From the NCBI RefSeq assembly GCF_963921235.1, contig NC_086100.1, positions 204,850,001 to 204,914,000 on the forward strand: a stretch of DNA of 64,000 nt, read 5' to 3'. The notes beneath the pieces were generated by a model. That model did no database searches, was not told the DNA's origin, and saw nothing but the letters and a program-made list of their open reading frames with translations. Positions 1-12,330 of this stretch are shown in pieces. Within the stretch, counting starts at the first letter, position 1. The number at the start of each line of letters is the position of its first letter. The DNA comes from Mobula hypostoma. Taxonomy: Eukaryota. The translations under genes were made by a program, and so were the position numbers.

Positions 1-29
1 GCATCCTGGCGTATTCCCCCTTATTTTCC

Positions 30-160
30 AGTGCTTATGAAGCGTCTCGGTCAGAAACGTCGACACTCTACTCCTCTCCAGAGATGGCCACTGTCCTGAG
101 GAGTTTATTCAGCATTTTCATTGTTACTTTGGTTTTCCAGAAACTCCATGATCTCTGCGA
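30..160 (+). mobile_element. Degenerate Penelope-like element 3' end (pLTR remnant)
   Basis: gtgcttatgaagcgtctcggtcagaaacgtcgac...cagcatttt resembles the 3' end of the Penelope copy at 31650-31790; the hammerhead core is mutated (CTTATGA). Confidence 0.6.
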
Positions 161-1127
161 TTGGATGTAAACGTGCACATGAAAGACATGCATATTCACA
201 TCGCTTATACTTTATTGAACGGGGCTAACTAAAAGATCAACAAATCTATCAGTGAAAAATTGAAATAAGTTATAGCGAGGTACATTTACTCTGAGGTTTA
301 ATCGAGTTTAACCTGGAGTAAGCGTGAGAGTGGGTGGGTCTGTGGGCACAACGCCTTCTTAACGAATCCCGTATCCCTATTGGTTGGTAACCTGGACTGA
401 AATTATCTACTACCAATTGAAGCAAAATATCGCGGTAGTCATTTGACGATATAGTGCATGTATTACTAAATGACAATAAAAGAAGACTACGTATCTTCAT
501 ATTGAAAGATATTTTGTCTGGGGGATGATAGGAGCACGGGTTACCAGCGCGAGCCACGGACCGCGATGCTGACGAAGCTCCATGAGAGGGCGCGTGTGGT
601 GCAGTAGGCTGGACCGTGTGATGGCGCAAGAGAGCGATGGGGAGTCTGCAGAATGAGTGAAAGGGAACGGGAAGCGCGTCTTCTCTTTCCTGACCGTGCT
701 TCCTTGCAACCGTTCGATTCCGCATCCCCTTCTGGGGTCCGGAATTACCACTGAAAACAGGATATAAATGCATAATTAGTGCTATATTAATTTTATGTTC
801 GTCCAACTAAAAAAAATACATCTGCCTTTGCAAGCAGTCATACGATTGGTCTATTCCAAATCAGTTGTCACTGATTCTCTTGTGAACAGAGTAATGTGCA
901 TACGTAGGCCAGCCAGCCCCTCAAAACGGCTACTTCAGGCAGTAATCTGATTTGAATCCGAGGGCCAAATCGAATAATTCAAGTGCAAGCGGGGCGGCTA
1001 TTGTTTTTCTTTCTGTCACTGATAAGAATGGCTTTTTCTCATCAGGCTTAGGCGACATCAGGTTAGGGTGAGGTACATTGTCTTGTAAGTTACTCGCTCT
1101 GTGCCCTCACTGCTTCATTCCTCATTT

Positions 1128-2063
1128 GTTTGGATGCATCAGCAAGGGAGATGAGGTTGAGTACAGGGCTACGGTAGGAAACTTTGTCACATGGTGTGAG
1201 CAGAATTATCTGCAGCTTAATGTGAAAAAGATTAAGGAGCTGGTGATAGACCTGAGAAGAGCTAAGGTACCGGTGACCCCCTGTTTCCATCCAGGGGGTC
1301 AGTGTGGACGTGGTGCAGGATTACAAATACCTGGGGATACGAATTGACAATAAACTGGACTGCTCTAAGAACACTGAGGCTGTCTACAAGAAGGATCAGA
1401 GCCGTCTCTATTTCCTGAGGCGACTGTGGTCCTTTAACATCCGCTGGACGATGCTGAGGATGTTCTACGAGTCTGTGGTGGCCAGTGCTATCATGTTTGC
1501 TGTTGTGCGCTGGGGCAGCAGGCTGAGGGTAGCAGACACCAACAGAATCAACAAACTCATTCGTAAGGCCAGTGATGTTGTAGGGATGGAACTGGACTCT
1601 CTCACGGTGGTGTCTGAAAAGAGGATGCTGTCTAAGTTGCATGCCATCTTGTTCAATGTCTCCCATCCACTACATAATGTACTGGGCGGGCACAGGAGTA
1701 CATTCAGCCAGAGACTCATTCCTCCGAGATGCAGCACAGAGCGTCATAGGAAGTCATTGCTGCCTGTGGCCATCAAACTTTACAACTCCTCCCTTGGAGG
1801 GTCAGACACCCTGAGCCGATAGGCTGGTCCTGGATTTATCTCATAATTTACTGGCAAAAATTACAGATTACTATTTAACTATTTATTACTATTTTCTATT
1901 AATATTCTATTACTATTTATTATTTCTATGACTATTACTATTTACTAATAGTAATATTACTATGACTATTTCTATTACTATTTATTATTTATGGTGCAAC
2001 TGTAACGAAAACCAATTTCCCCCGGGATCAATAAAGTATAACTATGACTATGACTGTGACTAT
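1128..2063 (+). mobile_element. Rex1/Babar-type non-LTR retrotransposon, 5'-truncated 3' end
   Basis: ORFs 1078-1347 and 1304-1822 (one frameshift) encode an RT C-terminus (LQLNVKKIKELVID, YKYLGI.IDNKL, SRLYFLRRL, HPLH, RKS.LPVAIKLYN). AT-rich 3' UTR, AATAAA and (TATGAC)n tail follow. Confidence 0.85.
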
Positions 2064-2099
2064 TGTTTTGGCAGAGCAGATTAATGCGAATGGCTCCTG

Positions 2100-5000
2100 G
2101 GCAGTGTTTTATACTGTGTGTGGGAGGTGGGAAGTCTGGGAGACCTCCAGCCCCCCCAGATTAACACATCTGCGCCAGGTACATCGAGTAGCGCCTCCCG
2201 AGTGAAGGTGTTAGTTGCAGCTTGATGGCCTTCGACTCACGCGGGATATTGTGGAGGTGATAGTCAGGAGCTAAAGGTGGCTAGTGACCCCTAGGTTGCA
2301 GAGACAGGTAACTGGGTGGCTGTCAGGAGAAGGAGATCACAAGGTCACAAGATCACAAGACAAAGGAGCAGAAGTAGGCCATTAGGCCCATCGAGTCTGC
2401 TCCGCAGCTCCCCCATGAGCTAAACTATTCACCCATCTAGTTCCAATTTCAGGCTTTTTCCCCATATCCTTGATACCCTGTCTCATTAGATACCTGTCAA
2501 TCTCCTCTTTAAACACTCTCAATGATCGGGCCTCCACAGCTGTATGTGGCAACGAATTCCACAAATCTACGACCCTCTGGCTAAAAAAATTTCTCCTCAT
2601 CTCTGTTTTGACTGGGTACCCTCTAATTCTAAGACTATGGCCTCTTGTCCTGGACTCACCCGTCAAGGGAAACAACCTTTCCACATCTACTCTGTCCAAC
2701 CCTTTCAACATTCGAAATGTTTCTATGAGATACCCTCTCATTCTTCTATACTCTGATGAATACAATCCAAGAGCCGACAAACGCTCCTCATATGTTAGCC
2801 CCTGCATTCCAGGAATCATTCTCGTGAATCTTCTCTGAACTCCCTCCAACATCAGTACATCCTTTCTAAGTCAGGGGGCCCAAAACTGCACACAGTATTC
2901 CAAATGCGGTCTCACTAATGCCCCATAGAGCCTCATCAACACCTCCTTACTCTTATACACTATTCCTCTTGAAATGAATGCCAACATAGCATTCGCTTTC
3001 CTTACCGCCGATGCAACTTGGTGGTTAACCTTTAGGGTATCCTGCACGAGGACCCCCAAGTCCCTTTGCACTTCCGATTTTTGAATTTTCTCCCCATCTA
3101 AATAATAATCTGCCCGATTATTTCTTCTTCCGAAATGTACAACCGTACATTTGTCAACGTTGTATCTTATCTGCCATTTCTTTGCCCACTCTCCTAAACT
3201 AAGTCTCTCTGCAACCTTTCCGTTTCTTCAACATTTCCTGCTCCTCCACCTATCTTGGTGTCATCCGCAAATTTACCCACAAAACCATTTAATCCATAAT
3301 CCAAGTCATCGATATACATCGTAAAAAGAAGAGGCCCCAACACCGGCCCCTGCGGAACACCACTAGTAACCGGCAACCAATCAGAATAGGATCTCTTTAT
3401 TCCCACCCGTTGCTTTCTGCCTATCAGCCAATGCTCCACCCATTTCAATATCTTTCCTATAATTCCATGGGCTCTCATCTTATTAAGCAGCCTCATATGC
3501 GGCAGCTTATCGAAGGCCTTTTGAAAATCCAAATACACAACATCCACAGCTTCTCCCTTGTCAAACTTATTCGAGATTACCTCAAAAAATTCCAATAGGT
3601 TGGTAAGGCAGGATCTTCCCTTCATGAAACCATGCTGGCTTCGGCCTATCTTGTCAAGCACCTCGCAGTGTTTCATAACCTCGTCCTTGAGGATTGACTC
3701 CAATATCTTTCCAACTACCGATGTCACACTAATAGGTCTGTAATTTTCTTTTTGCTGCCTCCTTCCTTTCTTAAATAGCGTAACTACATTTGCGACCTTC
3801 CAGTCCTCCGTAACCATGCCAGAGTCTATTGATTCCTGGAGGATCATTTCCAATGCTTCCACAATCTCCAAAGCCACCTCCTTCAGAACCCTTGTGTGCA
3901 CCTCATTCGGACAGGGAGACTTATCTATTCTTAGTCCATTTAGCTTCCCAAGCACTTTCTCTCTAGTAATCTCGACTGTACCTAATTCTATTCCCTGATA
4001 CCTCTGGCTATCAGGTGTATTGCTCACGTCTTCCACTGTGAAGACTGATGCAAAATACTCATTCAGTTCCTCCGCCATCTCTTTGTTATCGGTCCCGTAT
4101 CTACCCTTGTCACTCTTTTACTCTTCATATATTTAAAAAAAACTTAGTATCTTTTTTTATGTTAATCGCCAACTTCCTTTCATAATTCATCTGTTCATTC
4201 CTAATGACTTTCTTAGTTTCCTTCTGTAAGTTTTTAAAGGTCTTCCAGTTCTCATTTTTCCCACAAATTTTTGCTTCCTTGTACGCCGTTTCTTTTGCTT
4301 TTATTTTTGCCTTAACCTCTCTCGTTAGCCACATTTGTGCCATTTTTCCATTCATGATTTTCTTTTTTCTGGGAATATATTTTTCCTGCATTTTCCTTAT
4401 TTCTTGTCGGAATTTCATCCAATTCTGCTCTGCCGTCCCTTCATTTAGTTTACTCTTCCAATCGACTTGGGCCAGTTCCTCTCTCATACCACTGTAATTT
4501 CCCCTGTTCCAATGAAGTATCGATACACCTGATACCAGCTTCTCCTTTTCAAATTTGAAACTGAACTCATTCATATTATGATCACTACTTCCAAGGGGTT
4601 CCTTTACCTCCAGCTCCCTAATCGCCTCAGGTTTGTTACACAGCACCCAATCCAAAACAGTCGGTCCCCTGGTGGGCTTCTGGACAAGCTGCTCCAAAAA
4701 GCCATCCTGTAGGCATTCTACAAACTCCCTCTCCCGAGATCCATTACCTTCCTGACTTTCCCAATTCACTTTCATATTAAAATCTCCCATAATTATCTTG
4801 ACATTTTCCTTCTGACACGCTTTTTCTATTTCCAGCTGCAACTTGTAGTCCACATCCCGGCTGCTGTTTGGAGGCCTGTATATAACTGCTATTAGTGTCT
4901 TTTTACCCTTGCCATTTCTTAATTCTACCCATAAGGATTCTACCTCTTCTGATCCTATGTCCCTTCTTTCTATTGATTTGATATCGTTACTTACCATCAG

Positions 5001-5765
5001 GGCCACGCCACCCCCTTTATCTACCTTCCTATCTTTCCTATACACTGTGTATCCTTGGATATTCAGTTCCCAATCACATCCATCATTTAGCCATGACTCG
5101 GTGATGGCCACAATGTCATATCTTTTAACCTGCAGCTGTGCAGCAAGGTCATCCACTTTATTTCTAGTGCTGCGTGCATTTAAATACAGTACATTTAGAT
5201 CAGTAGCTGTTGCCGATTTTGCTATATTTCTATTTTGCAGCAAATTATCCTGTATATTCATCGGCCTGTCCTTCTTGCCATCTTTGCTGCACAGTATTTT
5301 TGACTTATTTCTGTTTTCCTCTTCCTCGACCCTAACACCTTGGCTTCCTTCCCCTTGCCAACTTAGTTTAAACTCTCCCGCAGCCACTGTGGCTGTTCCC
5401 CTCATTTTAGATACTATTGAGGGCGACGACCTACCCGGGAGGAGCCATAGCGACCGGCTCTCTGGCACTGAGTCTGGTGCTGCGGCTCAGAAGAGCAGAG
5501 AGATGAAGACAATTGCAGTGTTGATAGGAGATTCCTTAGCCGGAGGAACAGAGACTATGTTGCGGGCGCGACAGAGAGATCCGCGTGGTATGTTGCCTCC
5601 CTGGTGCCAGGATCAGGGGTGTCTCGGATCCGGTCATGGTATTCTCAAGGCGAGGGTGAGCAGCCCGAATTCTGGTCAATATTGACACCAATGACGTAGA
5701 TAGACAAGGTGATAAGATCCTGAAAAGAGATTTTAGGGAGATAGTTCAAGAGCTGAGAAACAAGA
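2100..5765 (+). mobile_element. Decayed CR1 ORF1 (esterase-like) fragment, split by the minus-strand CR1 at 2336-5378
   Basis: WVAVRR (~2314-2331) resumes after 5380 as VAVPL..LDTIEGDDLPG..VLIGDS, matching the ORF1 at 27527-28096. Confidence 0.7.
2336..5378 (-). mobile_element. CR1 LINE, near-complete ORF2 (APE endonuclease + RT) with frameshifts
   Basis: ORF 4125-5468 (YLNARS, AITESWL, IYRPPNS, MGDFN, SSDH); ORF 3194-4078 (YRPISVTS, QHGF, YLDFQKAFD, GVPQG, FADD); ORFs 2871-3071 and 2382-2852 (RPHLEYCVQFW, RNFFSQRVV); 8-nt repeat tail at 2336-2360. Confidence 0.95.
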
Positions 5766-6189
5766 CTATTAATCTTGACATACAAGATTAATACTCATAC
5801 TGCCCCAAACTTTATATTAAGCATCTGGGTCTAGATTATAATCGAAAACTTTGGTTCTATTGGCCATTGAGAGGATTTCCAAACATCACAAAAAGGCAAA
5901 AAAAAAATGTTTTTATCTGTAGTACGACAGTTTGAAACCGGATCTGCTGTTGTTATGATATTAATCTTGACATACATTCTGGAAAATCTCAACCGTGCAA
6001 ACAGGAAACAACAGGAACGCAAACACAACCACCAACAGGCGAGATTTAGAAGAGAGGTGATGGCATATTGATCACTGATCCAAAACACAGGCAACTGGCT
6101 GTTTGGACATAAAGATACAAAACACAGATCTGAAAGGGAATAATTCTCATCTTAATTCCTCAGTAATATTTTGAGAGGATGGGTGTTTA

Positions 6190-6240
6190 GTCATAGTTAT
6201 AGTCATAGTCATACTTTATTGATCCTGGGGGAAATTGGTT
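6190..6240 (-). mobile_element. ~50-bp Rex1/Babar 3' tip
   Basis: Reverse complement of 2010-2060 (aaccaatttcccc..gatcaataaagtatgactatgac). Confidence 0.75.
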
Positions 6241-6312
6241 AGCTGTCGTTTCTTTCAGCTAGCCCCGCCCACTGGCCCCACACGCTCCCTCTCGCGGATC
6301 ATCGTAACTAGG

Positions 6313-6415
6313 GCAACACACAAAATGCTCGGGAAACGCTACAGGCCAGGCAGCATCTATGGATGGTAATAAAAGGTCGAAGTTTCAATCCAAGACCATT
6401 CATCAGAACTGGAAT
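6313..6415 (-). mobile_element. Penelope-like 3' tip with degenerate hammerhead
   Basis: Reverse complement reads agttctgatgaatggtcttggattgaaacttcgacc...gatgctgcctggcctg...gcattttgtgtgttgc. Confidence 0.7.
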
Positions 6416-6854
6416 GGAAAGAGAAGAGGTCAGATCATTGATTGATTTGGAAGGTACGGGTTGTTGTTCGATGAAACTCTGAGGCCAAAGTCTGTGTGTA
6501 AGCAGCTGCCTGTCTGGTCACATTCCTGAGAACAGGGAGCCGCCTTTATCGGATCGAACCGGTTCCGCAAAACACTCTCATTCGGGTGTGTGCAAAGTCG
6601 CTTTAATATTGTATTTAGTCCTTTCTGCAGCAACGAATCTATATCTATCCGAACCTTTCTTCATTTGTAACTCAGATTACAATTTTCTGCAGTTGTTTTA
6701 AAAATATTTTTCACGATTTATTTAAATAAATGAGTCAACGTTATTCCCAACAGCGGCATTCCTTAATATAGAAACATAGAACGTTGTATCATTTTAATGC
6801 ATGCATTTCTAAATGACAATAAACGAGGACTGAGTGCCCTCATAATCTAAAAAA

Positions 6855-7525
6855 AACATAGAAACCTACAGCATAATACAGGCCTTTCGGCCCACAAAGC
6901 TGTGCCGAACATGTCCCTACCTGAGAACTCCCTCGGCTTACACATAGCCCTCTATTATTCTAAGCTCCATGTAGCCATCCAGGAGTCCCTTAAATGACCC
7001 CATCCTTTCCGCCTCCACCACCGCCACCGGCAGCCCATTCCACGCACTCACCACTCACTGGATAAAAAAACTTACCCCTCACATCTCCCCTGTACCTACT
7101 CCCCAGCACTTTAAAACCGTGCCCTCTCGTGCAAGCTATTTCCAGCACTGGGGAAAAGCCTCTGACTATCCACGAGATCAATGCCTCTCATTATCTTGAA
7201 CACCCCTATCAGGTCACCACTCATCCTCCGTCGCTCCAAGGGAAAAAAGACCGAGTTCCCTCAACCAATTCTCACAAGGCATGGTGCCCAATGCAGGCAA
7301 AATCCTTGTAAATATCCTCTGCTCCCTTTATATGGTTTGCATGTCCTTCCTGTAGTGAGGCGAACAGAATTGAAAACAGTACTCCAAGTGGGGTCTGAGC
7401 AGGGTCCTATATAGCTGCAACATTACCTCTCGGCTCTTAAATTCAATCCCATGATTGATGAAGCCCAATGCACCGCATGCCTTCTGAACCACAGAGTCAA
7501 CCTACGTATCAGCTTTGAGTGTCCT
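6855..7525 (-). mobile_element. CR1 LINE 3' fragment
   Basis: ORF 6990-7181 (TRGHGFKV..RGDVRGKFF); CR1-type 3' UTR. Confidence 0.8.
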
Positions 7526-7529
7526 ATAC

Positions 7530-9010
7530 GGGACGGAGGGAGGGAGAGAAAGAGAGAAAGAGAGGGGGAGGAGAGAGAGAGAGCGAGAGAGAGAGGGGAG
7601 AGAGAGAGAGAGAGAGAGAGATAGCGGAGAAGGAGAACGTGTGGGGTAAGCGGTGCATTTAGAGGTCGAGGGAGAGGGATACGGAAGTCAGCAGGGAGAG
7701 TGTTTGGGAGAGTGAGGGGAGAGGGCGGGACATTAGATTAGATTATGAGGACACGCAGTCCTCTTTTATTGTCATTTCGTAATGCATGTATTAAGAAATG
7801 ATACAATGTTTTTTTCCATAATGATACCACAGAAACACATGACAAAACGACTTAAAAACTGACAAAAACCACATAACTATAACATATAGTTACAAAAGTG
7901 CAAAGCAATACCGTAATTTGATAAGAACAGACCATGGGCACGGTAAAAGTCTCAAAGTCTCTCGAAAGTCCCATCATCTCACGCAGACGGTAAACCTCTA
8001 GCGCCGCAAACTTGCCGATGCAGCATCCTGGAAACATCCAACCACAGTCCGACTCCAATACCGTCCGAAAACTCCAAGCCTCCGATCATCTATTCGACAC
8101 CGAGCACCGAACACCATCTCTGCCGAGCGCTTCGACCGCGTCCCCGGCAACAGGCAATAGGCAATGCCGAGGATTTGGGGCCTTCCCCTCCGGAGATTCT
8201 CGATTGAACAGTAGCAGCGGCAGCGAAGCGGGCATTTCAGAAGTTTCTCCAGGTGTTCTTCCATGCTTCTTCACGTCTGTCTCTATCAAATCAGGATTGT
8301 GCACGGCATCCTACTTCACAAATACGATATCATTCGGAACGGTCGAACGCGCTGCGTCGCGCCGCCATTTTCTCCTCCCTCGCTGAGAGAGAGATAGAGA
8401 GGGAGAAGTTGCAAATGGAGGAGGTTATAGAGAGGCGGAGGTGAGGGAGTGAGAGAGAAGAGTTAGAGGGAGCAGGGAGTGTGCGCGCGAGAGAGGAAGG
8501 TGACTGAGATTGAGAGTGAGATGGCGGGTGATAGGGGTAGGGACAGGGATTGTGGGATGGGAGAGAGAATAGAAGAGTAAGATAAACAGAGGGGATAGAA
8601 GGGGAGAGACTGTGAGAGAAATGAATGGAGAGGCATTAGAGAGTGAGGAGATGAAGAGACCACAGGAGAGAGGAGTAGGATTTGTTGATAGAGGAGTAGA
8701 GAGAGGGGTGAAAGAGAAGGAGAACGCGAGGAAAGGGGTGAAAGGGAGTGGGAGACGGGTCGAGTTGGGGTGTAACTGAGAGGAATAGAAAAGAGGGAAG
8801 CGGAGGGAGAGAGGCGGTGAGGAAGCAAGGATGCTTGAGAGAGGCGATGATAGGCAAGGTATGAGGGAGAGGCGAGACGTTGAGGGAAAGAGGGAGCAAG
8901 AAGGGAGGGATGGAGTAGAGGGCCGGATGATGAAGAGGGACTGTGAGGACGGAGTGGTGGGGTAGACGGGGTAAGTAGCCAGGGGTGAGGAAGAAAGACG
9001 AGGAGATGGT
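7530..9010 (+). repeat. Purine (GA)-rich low-complexity tract, interrupted by the element at 7732-8381
   Basis: (GA)n and G/A-rich sequence seen directly; paralogous to 32680-33710. Confidence 0.85.
7732..8381 (-). mobile_element. Non-autonomous retroelement (~650 bp) with LINE-type 3' tail
   Basis: Minus strand begins gagggaggagaaAATGGCGgcg and ends AATAAA-GAGGAC-tgcgt-GTCCTC-(AATCT)n. Isolated 3' tips of the same family lie at ~455-500 and ~6780-6850 (+). Confidence 0.6.
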
Positions 9011-10419
9011 GTGTCTGATTCGAATTGTTAGACTAACTATTTATTCAGTTCCCAGTTGCAGGGTCGTTAATCAGGTATGTTCACAAGTCACCGAACAAAT
9101 CCACCGTGGGATTACGGTTCCACGCCGGGAATTTTACCGCGTACAGTTCTGGTCTTCATATCCGACAGCGGAGAGTTTTACCCCACACGATTCCAAGTCT
9201 CCATATTCCACACTGGGAGCTTTATTGTTCACTGTTCCCAGACTCCGTGCCAAATTAGTAAACTTCCGATTCCCACTGACCTCCTCTCCTTACCCCTCCC
9301 ATCCACGTACTTATCCAAGTTTCTCAAACAGATGTTAAGCCATCAGACAAAGTCAAAAATCAAAAGGTAAAGCATGTTGCGACTAATGTTCTGAGCTGCG
9401 TATATTTCAATGCAAGAAATATTGAAGGCAGATGAGAATCAGGACATGAATCGACACCGATTTATAATTTTGTAGCCATTAGTGAGACCTACCATGACAG
9501 GGGGAGGACTGATAGATCTATATTCCGGTGTTCCGTTGTTTTACACGCCACAGAGCGGGAGGATTATAGGGGGAGCGGTGGCGTTACCAGTCAGGGAAAA
9601 TATCGTGGTAATGCTGCGTCAGGACAGTCTGGAGAATTCCTCCAGTGAGGCGTTATGGTGAAACTGTGTAATAAGAAAGGCAGGACCACGTTACCGGGGT
9701 ATTATTGCAGACCACACAACAGTCCGAGGGACTTCGAGGAACATATTTGTAGAGAGATTACAGATTGTTTAAAGAAACGTAAGTTTGTTAAAGTAGGTGA
9801 TTTTAACTTTCCACACATTGACTGGGTCTCTCATACACAAAATGCCTAGATTGGATACTGTTTGTTAAATGTGTTCAGAAAAGTTTCCTTAATCAGTACA
9901 TGGAAGTCCCATCGAGAGAGTATGCGAGATTTGATTCCCGATTAGATACTGAGAAACGGCTAGTGACAGAAGATTGTGTAAGCGAAATCTTTACATCCAG
10001 CGATCATAGTGCCATTATTTTAACAGGAAATAAAGATAAGGAACGGTCTGGCCTGCGGGTTGAGATTATGAATTGGAAAAAGGCCAATTTTGATGGAATT
10101 TAAAAAGGCTTTGAGAATTGTGCCTTGGGAATCGCTGTCATCAGGCAATTGTGTACTTGGTGAGAGGGAGGCCTTCAATAGTGACATTTTGAGAATACCA
10201 AGCTTGTATGTGCCTGTCAGAATAAAAGGTAAATAAAACAGGGTTGGAGAACTTCGGTTTTCAAGAGATATTCAGGCAGATATTGAAGAAATAAATAGAC
10301 TTGCTTAGCAGGTATCGGCAGGTAGGGACAACTGAGGTACTAATGGGTTATGGGAGATGCAAGAGAACACTTAAGAAAAGATCAGGAAGGTTAAAGAATA
10401 CATGAGGTTGGCCAAGAAC

Positions 10420-12330
10420 ACAATAGAATATAGAACATAGAACATACAATAGTACAGAACAGTACAGGCCCTACGGCCCACAATGTTGTGCCGACCCTCA
10501 AACCCTGCCTCCCATATAAGCGCCCACCTTAAATTCCTCCATATACCTGTCCAGTAGTCTCTTAAACTTCTCTAGTGTATCTGCCTCCACCACTGACTTA
10601 GGCAGTGCATTCCACGCACCAACCACTCTCTGAGTAAAGAACCTTCCTCCAATATCCCCCTTGAACTTCCCACCCCTTACCTCAAAGCCATGTCCTCTTA
10701 TACTGAGCAGTGGTGCCCTGGAGAAGAGGCGCTGGCTATCCACTCTATCTATTCCTCTTATTATCTTGTACACATCTACCACGTCTCCTCTCGTCCTCCT
10801 TCGCTCCAAAGAGTAAAGACTTAGCTCCCTTTTTTTCTGATCATAATGCATACTCTCTAAACCAGGCAGCATCCTGGTAAATCTTCTCTGTACCCTTTCC
10901 AATGCTTCCACATCCTTCCTATAGTGAGGCGACCAGAACTGCACATAGTACTCCAAGTGTGGCCTAACCAGAGTTTTATAGAGCTGCATCATTACATCGC
11001 GACTCTTAAACTCTATCCCTCGATTTATCAATGATAACACCCTATAAGCTTTCTTAACTACCCTATCTAGCTATGCGGCAACTTTCAGGGATCTGTGGAC
11101 ATGTACCCCCAGATCCCTTTGCTCCTCCACACTACCAAGTATCCTGCCATTTACTTTGTACTCTGCCTTGGAGTTTGCCCTTCCAAAGTGTACCACCTCA
11201 CACTTCTCCGGGTTGAACTCCGTCTGCCACTTCTCAGCCCACTTCTGCATCCTATCAATGTCTCTCTGCGATCTTCGACAATCCTCTACACTACCTACAA
11301 AACCACCAACCTTTGTGTCGTCTGCAATCTTGTAAACCCACCCTTCTAACCCCACATCCAGGTTGGTAATAAAAATCACGAAAAGTTGAGGTCCCAGAAC
11401 AGATTCTTGTGGGACAACACTAGTCACAATCCTCCAATCTGAATGTACTCCCTCCACCACGACCCTCTGCCTTCTGCAGGCAACAAAATTCTGAATCCGC
11501 CTGGCCAAACTTCCCTGGATCCCATGCCTTCTGACTTTCTGAATAAGCCTACTGTGTGGAACCTTGTCAAATGCCTTACTAAAATCCATATAGATCATAT
11601 CCACTGCACTACCCTCATCTATATGCCTGGTCTCTATCAGGCTTGTTAGACACGATCTGCCCTTCACAAAGCCATGCTGACTGTCCCTGATCAAACCATG
11701 ATTCTATAGATGCCCATAGATCCTATCTCTAAGAATCTTCTCCAACTGCTTTCCCACCACAGACGTAAGGCTCACTGGTCTATAATTACCCGGACTACCC
11801 CTGCTACCTTTTTTGAACAAGGGGACAAAATTCGCCTCCCTCCTATCCTCCGGTACCATTCCCGTGGACAACGAGGACATAAAGATCCTAGCCAGAGGCT
11901 CAGCAATCTCTTCTCTCGCCTCGTGTAGCAGCCTGGGGAATATTCCGTCAGGTCCCGGGAACTTATCTGTCTTGATGTATTTTAACAACTCCAACACCTC
12001 CTCTCCCTTAATATCAACATGCTCCAGAACATCAACTTCACTCATATTGTCCTCACCATTATCAAGTTCCCTCTCAGTGGTGAATACCGAAGATAAGTAT
12101 TCATTGAGGACCTCACTCGCTTCCACAGCCTCCAGGCACATCTTCCCACCTTTATCTCTAATCGGTCCTACCTTCACTCCTGTCATCCTTTTTTTCTTCA
12201 CATAATTGAAGAATGCCTTGGGGTTTTCCTTTACCCTACTCGCCAAGGCCTTCTCATGCCCTCTTCTTGCTCTTCTCAGCCCCTTCTGAAGCTCATTTCT
12301 TGCTTCCCTATATTCCTCAATAGACCCAAT
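10420..12330 (-). mobile_element. CR1 LINE 3' ~1.9 kb
   Basis: ORFs 11704-12246, 11071-11694 and 10498-11040 with RT motifs (YRPVSLTS, QHGF, DFSKAFD, IADD); (AGAACAT)n tail. Confidence 0.92.

Noticed and set aside
700..730. GTTCGATTCC resembling a tRNA B-box
   Set aside because: No A-box or cloverleaf pairing is evident.
270..806. 178-aa minus-strand ORF
   Set aside because: No recognisable motif, non-ATG start, and it runs across a retroelement tip.
4909..5685. 258-aa plus-strand ORF
   Set aside because: Antisense of the CR1 endonuclease running by chance into a decayed ORF1 fragment.
7998..8386. Short ORFs in the non-autonomous element
   Set aside because: No recognisable domain; several overlapping frames in GC-rich sequence.
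8463..8899. Ser/Pro/Leu-rich ORFs (also 14748-15071 and 32609-33974)
   Set aside because: Artefacts of GA/CT low-complexity tracts.
9095..9260. Minisatellite as a CRISPR-like array
   Set aside because: Units are degenerate along their whole length with no constant-repeat/unique-spacer pattern, there are no cas genes, and the context is eukaryotic.
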